A program made the position numbers and the translations under genes. This document shows positions 31,991 through 41,067 of a stretch of 64,000 nt of DNA, piece after piece. Below the pieces are notes generated by a model that was not told where the DNA came from, made no database searches, and saw only the letters and a program-made list of their open reading frames with translations. Numbering within the stretch: the first letter of the stretch is position 1; each line of letters begins with the position of its first letter. This DNA is from Acidimicrobiia bacterium (GTDB lineage Bacteria > Actinomycetota > Acidimicrobiia > Spongiisociales > ZC4RG35): the NCBI GenBank assembly GCA_965215185.1, contig OZ244034.1, forward strand, positions 2,464,001 through 2,528,000, written 5' to 3'.

Positions 31991-34378
31991 ATGAGCGGGC
32001 GGCGTTACCTCTGTGTCGGTGTTTTGGTGGTTGTGCTGGTGGGGACGGTGGCTGCTCCGACTGTGGCCCAGGAAGCCCCCCCTTCTGAGGATGGGGGTGG
32101 GTTTGTGGACATTGAAGGGAATCCTCACGAGGAGGACATCCGCTTTATCGTGAAACGGGGACTAACGGTGGGGTGTGACCTCGACGGGCCTCGGTACTGT
32201 CCTGATAGTCCTGTTACAAGAGCGCAGATGGCCGCTTTCTTGGTCCGCGCTCTCCGTTTAGACACCACTGGTCCCTATTTGGGTGTGTATTCCGACGTTG
32301 AGGAGGGCACCTGGTATACCCGTGTTGTTGAAGCAATGGGTGCGCACGGGCTCCCCGATACCCAAGTGTCGGGGAGTTACCGACCTTACGATCCCATGCT
32401 CCGTTCGGAAATGGCCATTTTCCTGCAAAAGGCGTTCCGGCTTCCGCTAAGCGATGAGGCATCAGCTTCTTCGTTCCAGGATATACCAGCAGACGCCACT
32501 TATGCCGCAGCGGCCGAAGCCGTACTGGAAGCGGGAATCACCCGTGGATGCGGTGTCGAACCCCTCCGTTACTGTCCTAACGACACAGTCAAAAGGGACA
32601 CCATGGCCGCCTTCTTGGCCAGAGCCATCCGCACATCAGACCTCAAAAAGGTACTGGCCTTGGCACCCGGACGGGAGACCCTTCGGCCTAGCACCATCGG
32701 GGCACACACGTGGAAGGTCTGGGTCTGCGACAACGCTCCCATCAAAGAAGATCCCGTAGTCTATCTCAACCGTGAAATCAGCTCGTATTACCAGTGGCTG
32801 TCGGGCAGGAAATATCGGATGCGATTCGAATATGGCACCGACCCCACTCCGGAGGTCAGCGCGGTTCTGGACAACTGCGAGAACAAGGGCCACTGGAACC
32901 TTAGACCTGCGGGCAACAATATCTTCGTAGGGAGTGATCTATGGACCGTCGGATTCCCCGTCGGCGGTAGAGGGGGAGGGCACTTCGACTCTCAGAGCCA
33001 GCAGTTCTCCCGGAATGTCTGGATGGACAAACGGTCAGTGTATGACACCACTGCGTACGCTCACGAGATCGGCCACACCTTCGGATGGCCCCACAATCAT
33101 AGGGATAGGAACTCTCCAGCATCAGAGCCTCTGCATACCAGGATGGACATCATGGCCAGCCTCGGGCAAGTGATTGGTACCAATGCGCACAATCTCTTTC
33201 AGTTGGGTTGGATAGACCCAGAGAAAGTAGCACTCCATTCCGCAGGAGCGGCCACCTACACGATCACTCCACCCCATTCAGGAGGGGACCTCGAATTGCT
33301 GATGCTACCTCTGGGACCCGACCGGCTCATCAGTATCGGAGCCCGGGTCAAGGAAGGCCTCGACAAGAACATCCGCACAGCCGGAGTCGAGCTTTATGAG
33401 ATAGCCTTCTGCGGGTCGATCCCGGGCTGCAAACAGGTTTACCTTCCCCCCGGCGCCCAGTCCAAGGATCCTGTAGTCCTAGACGTTGGAGACTCTTGGA
33501 CAGCTCGCGTAACAACGACCCCCGGGGGTAGGCACTCGCAGACCCTCGACATCAAGGTGTCGGTAACCGATCGGCACAACCGATCTTACACCCTAAATGT
33601 AGAGCAAACTACCGTGAGGGAAGAGGAAGATGAGGTCTCTTGGATCACGGTGGGGAAAGGTGGAACTTGCATGCTCCTGACCAGCGGAGCCGTGTTCTGC
33701 TCGGGCGGGGTGCGATCAGTTCCAGAAGGGACATTCACATCTCTAAGTGTCGGATCCTACGCCTGCGGGACGAAAACAGAAGGCGGCATCGAATGCTGGG
33801 GCGGACGGTACGAGGGCATTACAACCCCTAGTGAAGAGTTCACCTCTGTCAGTGTTACTGGCCGCCATGCGTGTGCCCTTCGCAATGATAAAACAGTGGC
33901 GTGCTGGGGACTAGCCAGTGATAGTGAACCCGTCGTTCAACCTCCGGACGGAGAATTTATCTCGGTAAGCCCTGGTCTCTCCCACGCCTGCGGCATTCGA
34001 GTTGACCAAACGGTGCAGTGCTGGGGACAAAACAGTGATGGCGCGGACCTGGCACCACCACCACATGGGGAAGTCTCTGCCGTCAGCTCAGGGGCTAACT
34101 TCTCATGCGGTTTGCGGCCCGATACAAGCTTGACCTGCTGGAGTACACTAAGGGGCTACGGATGGTGGCAACCTCCCCCCGGCCAGTACACCTTTGTTGA
34201 AGCCGGATGGAACGACGCCTGCGCAATCCGCACCGACGGTACCGCCACCTGCTGGGGCCACGGTTACGTCGACTCCACGCCTCCAGAAGGTATCTTCACC
34301 GCCCTCAGCGTTGGGTACCGCCGTGCTTGCGGCCTGCGACCCGACCACACCGTCGAATGCTGGGAGACACCTCGCTAG
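31991..34378 (+). CDS. Secreted protein with SLH-like repeats, zinc metalloprotease domain and RCC1/BLIP-II-like repeats
   Basis: Signal peptide; VTRAQMAAFL-type repeats; HEIGHTFGWPH plus DIM Met-turn; repeated CG.R.D.T..CWG units. Confidence 0.85.
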   Translation: MSGRRYLCVGVLVVVLVGTVAAPTVAQEAPPSEDGGGFVDIEGNPHEEDIRFIVKRGLTVGCDLDGPRYCPDSPVTRAQMAAFLVRALRLDTTGPYLGVYSDVEEGTWYTRVVEAMGAHGLPDTQVSGSYRPYDPMLRSEMAIFLQKAFRLPLSDEASASSFQDIPADATYAAAAEAVLEAGITRGCGVEPLRYCPNDTVKRDTMAAFLARAIRTSDLKKVLALAPGRETLRPSTIGAHTWKVWVCDNAPIKEDPVVYLNREISSYYQWLSGRKYRMRFEYGTDPTPEVSAVLDNCENKGHWNLRPAGNNIFVGSDLWTVGFPVGGRGGGHFDSQSQQFSRNVWMDKRSVYDTTAYAHEIGHTFGWPHNHRDRNSPASEPLHTRMDIMASLGQVIGTNAHNLFQLGWIDPEKVALHSAGAATYTITPPHSGGDLELLMLPLGPDRLISIGARVKEGLDKNIRTAGVELYEIAFCGSIPGCKQVYLPPGAQSKDPVVLDVGDSWTARVTTTPGGRHSQTLDIKVSVTDRHNRSYTLNVEQTTVREEEDEVSWITVGKGGTCMLLTSGAVFCSGGVRSVPEGTFTSLSVGSYACGTKTEGGIECWGGRYEGITTPSEEFTSVSVTGRHACALRNDKTVACWGLASDSEPVVQPPDGEFISVSPGLSHACGIRVDQTVQCWGQNSDGADLAPPPHGEVSAVSSGANFSCGLRPDTSLTCWSTLRGYGWWQPPPGQYTFVEAGWNDACAIRTDGTATCWGHGYVDSTPPEGIFTALSVGYRRACGLRPDHTVECWETPR

Positions 34379-34574
34379 ATGAGCTTCCCACATAGGTGGG
34401 TTCCAAGTTGGGTGATGGGTAGTTGGCCTTGTAGTGAGCTGTGGGGTCTGCGGTGATCCCTGTTCAGCCAATCTCTTATTACCGGCAATGATGAAGGCTT
34501 TTTCCTCAGGAGTTGGTGGCCGGTCAGGGAAGACCAGCCGATGCTCCAGTCGGATCACGCAAGCCGCCACCCCG

Positions 34575-34843
34575 ACCCTTTCGACAGCGACCGATCTCAC
34601 CTGTTCGGCTTGTGCCTTGGAATCGCGGTCTAGTCCCGTCTCGGCAGCGTCCAACAGAACTTGGAACGGGTAAACCCGTTTCGTGTTCGACGTGACAGGA
34701 ACGACTATGACAACCCCACGTCCAAGCCGTGCCGCAATCGTGTTGGCACCGTCATTGCTGACGATCACAGCCAGCCGGATCCGGGCTGCCTCGACCCCGA
34801 CGACGTTACCGAGATTCACGACGCGGATGTCTCCGCGACGCAT
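34575..34843 (-). pseudogene. mazF: MazF/PemK toxin, C-terminally truncated and chimeric
   Basis: MRRGDI...VIVSNDGAN...VVPVTSN...YPFQV...DSKAQAEQVRSV; family similarity ends after ERVG. Confidence 0.8.
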
Positions 34844-34847
34844 CAAC

Positions 34848-34910
34848 TAAACCCCGTCGGCAACGGTGGCATCCCACGCCTCTTCGTCTCGTTGGATGCC
34901 CGCTCCACCC
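34848..34910 (-). pseudogene. MazE-like antitoxin C-terminal remnant
   Basis: EEAWDATVADGV-stop immediately before mazF. Confidence 0.55.
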
Positions 34911-35000
34911 AAAGGAGGGGATCGCCCGCCATCCCTATACTGCTGACGACCCATGGGCGATCAACACGATTCATCCTCATCGGATCCGCTGGTCTTGTTG

Positions 35001-35425
35001 ATGATTGACTGGCGTGGCTGCCCTGTCGTGGAATACGTTCCAGACAAAGTTTCCGGCAAGCCCTCGTTCGCCGGGTTGCGGTTGCCTGTCGGGATCTTTG
35101 TTGATTGGGTAACCGGTGGACACAGCATAGAAGACTTCGAAGATGGTTATCGCGTGGGATTGAACAAACTACGCGTTGCCGCGGAATACCTCAACAGTGA
35201 CCCGCCTGTCCAAGTCGCTGATCTGAGGAAGTGCCCAGAGGTAGAATTCAGACCCGACGGTACCCCTGGTCTGACGGGTTCCGGGTTCCCAGTAGATATA
35301 ACTTCAACCACCTCAAGGGTGGCCGTACATCACAAGAAATCTGCGACAACTTCGGAGTTGATCACAACCAGGTCCGGTCGGTTATAGCCTGCCTTGCCGA
35401 CCCTAAGGAGTCAACAGCCAAATGA
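35001..35425 (+). pseudogene. Tandem DUF433 antitoxin-like protein, frameshifted near 35300
   Basis: SGKPSFAGLRLPV...SIEDF and a second unit GTPGLTGSGFPV/FNHLKGGRTSQEICDNF. Confidence 0.7.
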
Positions 35426-35625
35426 AAATCCTTCTCGACAAATGCGTGCATGAGGGACTACGGCATCATCTTCCCGGCACAGTTCACACGGCTCGGTACA
35501 TGGGCTGGGGCTCATTGCCCAACGGCAAGCTGCTCGACGAAGCCGAGCGGCATGGGTATGACGTTGTCGTGACGGCAGACAGCCGTATGATTGTCCAGGG
35601 AGACCGAACCCGCTGCTTGCGTTAA
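35422..35625 (+). pseudogene. DUF5615 PIN-like toxin, truncated
   Basis: MKILLD...GW...NGKLL...VVTAD; only 67 aa. Confidence 0.7.
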
Positions 35626-35707
35626 AGAGTTTGACCATTTTCCCCACCAGAAAAGAGGGGAAAAGACACTTGCAATTGTACGTCGATGCGACGTACACTG
35701 AGTCCTT

Positions 35708-35980
35708 ATGGACACAAAGACCAAACGGTGGACCCTCAGGGTGACACCGGCCCAGGACACAATCGTGCGCCAGGTACTGAGTACCAGCGGGATGTCACTG
35801 AGCGAGTACGTAGTCAGCCGTGCAGTCGCCTCGGCTGTCGAAGACCTAGCCGACCGTCAGGTCTTTGCCGTGTCTGCAGAGGTTTGGGAAAAGCTTCAAG
35901 AGGTGCTCCAACGCCCGGCGACAGCCAAGCCCAAGATCGCGGCGTTGCTGGCCGAGGACTCGGTACTCGACTCGGGGTGA
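35708..35980 (+). CDS. TacA/DUF1778 RHH antitoxin
   Basis: LRVTP, SLSEYV, LADRQVF...W...L.RP. Confidence 0.85.
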   Translation: MDTKTKRWTLRVTPAQDTIVRQVLSTSGMSLSEYVVSRAVASAVEDLADRQVFAVSAEVWEKLQEVLQRPATAKPKIAALLAEDSVLDSG

Positions 35981-36465
35981 GCCCATATCAGGGGCCAGAG
36001 CTGCTGGCTGCTTCGCATGATGTTGGCAGATTCGACTGCGGAAACGAGTCTCTCAACCACTGGATCAAGAGTCGGGCGCCACGCAATCAGCGAGAAGGTT
36101 CAAGCCGTACCTGGGTCGTTACGGACGGCACTGGGGTGGTCGGTTTCTACGCGTCTGCCACGGCGGTAGTGGCCCGTACAGAGGCCACTACACGCGCTGC
36201 CCGTAACCAGCCCGACCCTCTGCCCGCAATGCTCCTCGGTCGTCTGGCCGTTGACCGCAACCACCAAGGTAAGGGCCTCGCCGCGGCACTGCTCAAACAC
36301 TTCCTCCTCAAAGCGCTCGAAGTAGCCGAACTCACCGGGCTACGGCTGGTGCTAGTCCACGCCAAAGACTCCCAGGCCGCTGGCTTCTACCGCCACTACG
36401 GGTTCGAACCTTCCCGAGTCGACGACCTGACACTCATGCTATTGATCAAAGACATCCAACCCTGA
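35977..36465 (+). CDS. GNAT toxin (TacT/AtaT-like)
   Basis: FDCGNESLNHW, LLGRLAVD...QGKGL, VHAKD, FYRHYGF; GTGA overlap with the antitoxin. Confidence 0.88.
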   Translation: MSPYQGPELLAASHDVGRFDCGNESLNHWIKSRAPRNQREGSSRTWVVTDGTGVVGFYASATAVVARTEATTRAARNQPDPLPAMLLGRLAVDRNHQGKGLAAALLKHFLLKALEVAELTGLRLVLVHAKDSQAAGFYRHYGFEPSRVDDLTLMLLIKDIQP

Positions 36466-36977
36466 AAAGCGCTGGGCGTGCAATCTCCGTCGGACGTGGC
36501 GCCAAAAAGAAATGGCAGGGCTGGGCAGTTATCGGACAATTAGAGCGACCTTGCCCCTCGGCAACAGTTCGCTTTTTGCTGTCGCCTCAAAGCGCATCGA
36601 CCTGGGCGAAGTGGCCTGCACCTACATCATCACCGCCTATGTCGAGGCCCACCAACGCCAAACATAAACCCTTCAATGAGCCTCTTATCGGCTGACCAAG
36701 CCCCCCGGCACCGCCCCATCCAGGGACCCCTTCCCACTTAGCAAGGCCCGGCCTGCTATTGATTCCGTGGCCACTCGGCGATGCGGTGGGGGTGTCGTAG
36801 TGGTTGACTCTTTGTTCGACTGGTTGCAGTCCGGTGTTTTCGGTGATCTGGTGGGTGATGTTTTGGTCGGACCGCAAGGTGCGCCGAAGGCCCAAGCCCA
36901 CGGGGTAACGGCCCTTTTGGGCTTTTCTTTGGAATTGCGGTGCCCCGTGTCCCAGGCGTCGGGTACGGTTCGGAGTC

Positions 36978-37943
36978 ATGCAACTTCAGCTCCCGGAACC
37001 CGGGTCGGTATTGTCAGCCACGGCCGACAACCTGGCCAGTTCCCGCTCGATGGAGACCCGCCGTGCCTATCAGCGGATGGTTGGCCGTTGGGTGGAATGG
37101 GCGACCCGTCGGGGAGCCTGGCCCAAGACATGGACCACCCCTCCAGAGGGGTGGCGTTCTGCGACCGCCGGGGATGTGGCCGACTGGCTGTCGACCCTGG
37201 CCGCCACCGGCCTGGGTATCTCGACGGTGCGCACCGCCCGCGCTGCAAGTGTCGGCCGCCCATCGGGAGGGTGCCAGCCTCCAGACGCTCGCCGGTGGTC
37301 CGACGGTGGCCGATCCCACGCAGGATTGGCTGGTGTCAGCCAGATCGCCGGGATAGCCCGGCGTGTCGGCTCTTCGACGCAGGCGGCCGGGCTGCGAACC
37401 GACAGCTTTGCCCGGATCCTGGCCGTGGTGGAGTTGCAGGCCGACCCGAGCACCCCCCGAGGACGGATGGCCATCCGTGACGCGGCGCTTCTGTCGGTGA
37501 TGCGTGACGGGTTGTTACGCCGGGGAGAAGCCGCCGCGCTCCACTGGGACGACCTGACCATCGAAGACGACGGTTCGGGGCAGCTCACGGTGCAGCGTTC
37601 CAAGTCCGACCAGACCGGCGAGGGGGCGGTGCTGTGGATCAGTCCGCAGACCATCGAGGCGACAGAACGCTGGCGGAAAATAGCCACCACCACGTCCTCG
37701 ATGTTCGATCTGTCGGCCCGGTCGGTGGGTCGGGTGGTCACCCGCCGTGCCGAGGCGGTGGGTCTTCAGGCCTCCGGCCACTCTTTGCGGGTGGGAATGG
37801 CCCAGGACCTGGCCGCCTCGGGCATTAGCCTGCCCGAGTTGTGTCAGGCAGGCTGGTGGCAATCCCCGACAATGGCCATCCGTTATTTACGCTCCCAGGC
37901 GGCCGACCGGGGAGCGGTGGCCCGCTACTACCGGCATTCCTGA
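36978..37943 (+). CDS. Cre-like tyrosine recombinase, probably damaged
   Basis: RDAALL...LLRRGE, RSKSDQ, GHSLRVG, M..RY. Confidence 0.8.
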   Translation: MQLQLPEPGSVLSATADNLASSRSMETRRAYQRMVGRWVEWATRRGAWPKTWTTPPEGWRSATAGDVADWLSTLAATGLGISTVRTARAASVGRPSGGCQPPDARRWSDGGRSHAGLAGVSQIAGIARRVGSSTQAAGLRTDSFARILAVVELQADPSTPRGRMAIRDAALLSVMRDGLLRRGEAAALHWDDLTIEDDGSGQLTVQRSKSDQTGEGAVLWISPQTIEATERWRKIATTTSSMFDLSARSVGRVVTRRAEAVGLQASGHSLRVGMAQDLAASGISLPELCQAGWWQSPTMAIRYLRSQAADRGAVARYYRHS

Positions 37944-38179
37944 AACCTGAAAAAGGGCGCCCGGAACCGGCGGAATGCGAAAAAACCGCCTAAGGTGATC
38001 GCTCACTAGTGGCAGTTGCCGGACATCCCTCACTTTTTCTCAGAGCACCCCCCTTACCTTGTTGAGGTATATCCCTTGTGTGATGCTTGGGGCTGATCGC
38101 CCGCCACGGCGGCCTGGAGCGATTACCCCTGATTAGGAATCTGGACTGCGGCAAAGACAGTGGCGGCCAGCCATGGCGA

Positions 38180-38345
38180 CGCCCGATGCGGTGACGGTCG
38201 GTGACTACCACTTGAAGAATGTGGTTGCCTGGCACCTTGAAGGTCGCCCGCGTGGGACCGACGAAGAGATGATGGCACTTATCGGCGGCAGGGTGGTGAG
38301 ACTGTTGGAAGAGGCGGGCCCGGCGCCGTCGGTTCGGACCGGGCA
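38180..38345 (+). pseudogene. AlkA-like DNA glycosylase C-terminal fragment
   Basis: DAVTVGDYHLKNVVAW.LEGRPRGTDEEM. Confidence 0.6.
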
Positions 38346-38367
38346 TGCCGCTACGAGATTTTCGGTA

Positions 38368-39252
38368 TCAGTGAGTTGATCGCAGAAAAGAGACAATCGC
38401 CTCTCCCACGACCTGAGGGTTCGCCAAAGCACGGTGATACGCGTTAGGAATAACCTCAAGGGTCACGTCATGTCCCGCCGCTACCAAGGCGTCGGTGAAA
38501 TCCTGCGAATGGAAAGGGGGAGCCATTTCGTCCGCCCCGCCGGCCATCAGAAAAAAGCGACGCGGATCATGATTGACCGCTAGCTCAAGGGGATCGAGGA
38601 ATAGCCATAGGTTCTCGGGAACATGCCTCTTCACGGTATGGGCGAAAAACTCGGCCTGTAACCGGTCCCTCTTCCTCAGCCAATCGGCTCCTTCGGGCAG
38701 CAGGGTGGCCAGTGCAGCCTCATGCCAGAGATGTTTGATTTCATAAAGCCCACCCAAGCCGATCATGCCAACAATCTCGCTGGGTTCGTGAGGACAAGAT
38801 TGAGGAATGATGTCTCCCGAGAGGGTCGCCATGGCCACGAGGTTCGCCCCGGCAGAAAAGCCCAGCATCCACACCGGACCGGCCGGATAAGTGAGGTGCG
38901 GTTGTGCCAGCAAAGGCGCTGCGGATGCTATGCAAACCACTTCATGCAGTAGATACAAGAGGTGCCGCCCCTTTGACAAAGGTTGGTAATCGGCGTTGAT
39001 CGCCACCACCCCTTGAGAGGCCAGATATTCGGCCAAAGGTGAGAGTTGGGTACGATTTAGGGCACTATAGCCTCCACCGTAAGTGAGCGTCACTACTGGG
39101 TAGTTCCCCGGCTGAACAGGAGCGTGTATGTCAGCAAGGATCTGGGGCATGAACTCGACGGTTGAGACAGAAGCATCGTAGAGCGACGGCCGGGGTGATG
39201 GGCCGTCGCTCGGCAGAATCAGTCCAGATGAATTGGTCGAGGATTGGCTCAT
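38368..39252 (-). CDS. Alpha/beta hydrolase (esterase-like)
   Basis: YGGGY oxyanion loop, GFSAG nucleophile elbow, D and H triad candidates. Confidence 0.8.
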   Translation of the reverse strand: MSQSSTNSSGLILPSDGPSPRPSLYDASVSTVEFMPQILADIHAPVQPGNYPVVTLTYGGGYSALNRTQLSPLAEYLASQGVVAINADYQPLSKGRHLLYLLHEVVCIASAAPLLAQPHLTYPAGPVWMLGFSAGANLVAMATLSGDIIPQSCPHEPSEIVGMIGLGGLYEIKHLWHEAALATLLPEGADWLRKRDRLQAEFFAHTVKRHVPENLWLFLDPLELAVNHDPRRFFLMAGGADEMAPPFHSQDFTDALVAAGHDVTLEVIPNAYHRALANPQVVGEAIVSFLRSTH

Positions 39253-39569
39253 TGTCCGTCTGCTCCCTTGACTTGGTACACTTTGGAACCCTACAGGTGG
39301 CCGGGAACAAGACTAAGAGATTATCGGGTAGGGGTGTTGCCTGGCAGCGGCCAAGTCCTGGGGCCATTCCCGGACCCTAGGAACATGAACACCGCCTCCG
39401 GGATGCGATCTCTGGGACTGTCCTTCCCCCGACCGGACGAGGACCAGGAGCAACATTGAGCGATCCGGTCTGGGCGGCGCCATTCCATTGGGCTTGCCAT
39501 ACCGAGCGGTAACTTTTCTCGACCCTGCTCGGCGAACCGCCCGGATAAGCAGTTACCGGACAACCCTCT

Positions 39570-40150
39570 GGCTCCATCCCTTCGCCGATGGAAACGGCCG
39601 CACTGGAAGGGCGCTTATTCATGTGGCTCTGCGACGACGTGGCTTGGTGCCCAACTTCCTCCCGCCGGTGAGCCTGGTGCTCGCCAACTGGACGGACGAC
39701 TACATAGGAGGACTGACCGCTTACCGGCATACCTCCCCTCCAGATAGTCCCGCCCGTTCCGAAGCTGCCCACACCTGGCTGAGGACTTTCGCGGCAGCCA
39801 CCCGCCAAGCTTGCCTTCACGCTCGACATTACGCCGCCGCCATTACTGACCAGCACGCCAGCTGGCGGGAGCGGATCGCACGGACGCGTAGGGACTCCTC
39901 CTTATTGCTGCTACTAGCCGCTCTACCTGGGGCGCCAGTCATCTCGGTCAAGATCGCCGCCGCCCTCATCGGGCGCTCGACGGTGAACACCAACGCTGCC
40001 ATCAACAGACTGGTGGAAGCCGGAGTGTTGACCCAACGCAACATCGGTAAGCAGCGCTATCGAATCTTTGAGGCCCCCGAGGTCATCGATCTCATCACCG
40101 AGCTGGAGACCGTTCTCAGCACTCCTACTCGGAACATCCAAGACCACTAA
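39570..40150 (+). pseudogene. Fic family protein, C-terminal part with winged-helix tail
   Basis: HPFADGNGRTGR; no recognisable N-terminal half. Confidence 0.8.
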
Positions 40151-40164
40151 GTTGCGAGAACACA

Positions 40165-40400
40165 TGCGTGCCAGACAGGAGTGGAACGCCGAACAGATTC
40201 CGGATCTGACGGAGAAGGTGGTTGTGGTCACGGGGGCCAACAGCGGAATCGGACTGGAGGCTGCCAAAGATTTCGCCCGAAAAGGCGCCAATACGATCCT
40301 CGCCTGTCGATCAGGGAACGAGGACACCGGGCCGTCAGGGGCCTTAGGGAGGAGTTGCCCGACGCCAAGCTTCATCTGATGGCACTCTACCTTGCCAGCC
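40165..40400 (+). pseudogene. SDR oxidoreductase N-terminal fragment
   Basis: [19 protein letters not shown]...LACR, then frame is lost. Confidence 0.75.
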
Positions 40401-40635
40401 TGGCCTCCACAGAACCTCCAGAGACTCCCGGACCGCCAACGGCACTTCTTTCTCAATAGGCGCACCTTCCTACCACACCCGAACCCTCCGCTCTACCAGA
40501 AACAGCAGTAGCTTCCCACTCCTGTCTTTTTTCAGCCAACCCAGCAGAAGAAGAGCCAATCGATAGCCCACTACCCCATCCCCACCGTAGTGGGCTCTCC
40601 CACTACCTCAATCCTCCCAGCTACCCACTAACCCA

Positions 40636-40666
40636 TATGACTGATATTCGCTGAGTATCAGTCATA
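40636..40666. repeat. 13-5-13 inverted repeat related to the one at 31209
   Basis: TATGACTGATATT-CGCTG-AGTATCAGTCATA (one mismatch). Confidence 0.8.
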
Positions 40667-40920
40667 GCGAGGAAAAGGGAGGCTGTTTTAGTTGAGTGGA
40701 GGTGCGGTCAAGACAGGTTGGTTTCCTTGGTGGTTGAAGTGTCCTGTAGGCGTGTATTTGGCCAGGTCATGGGTTGTTTGTGGTGGTGGGGTTGTCCCAT
40801 GCCGTCCCATGTTGTCCCATCCAATCCGATGATCTTTGGAGTAACGATCGGAGTACCTCACAGGCGGGAACCACGGGGAAATGCCTTGCCGATGTTGAGA
40901 ATAGCGCAAAGGGGGAAGAG

Positions 40921-41067
40921 GTGAAACGACCAGCAACACTTTCGGCCACATTCGTTAGAAAATATACGCCAACCTGGTCGCTATGGCGACGGTCGAGGCG
41001 GTCATGGGCTTTCTCTCTTGGTCAAACCTACCAAGATCGAGGGGCGGGTTTCCAAGTCTTGGGCTCA
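40921..41067 (+). pseudogene. Integrase Arm-domain remnant cut by ISL3
   Basis: VKRPATLSATFVR/PGRYGDGRGGHGLSLLVKP...SKSWAQ. Confidence 0.78.
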
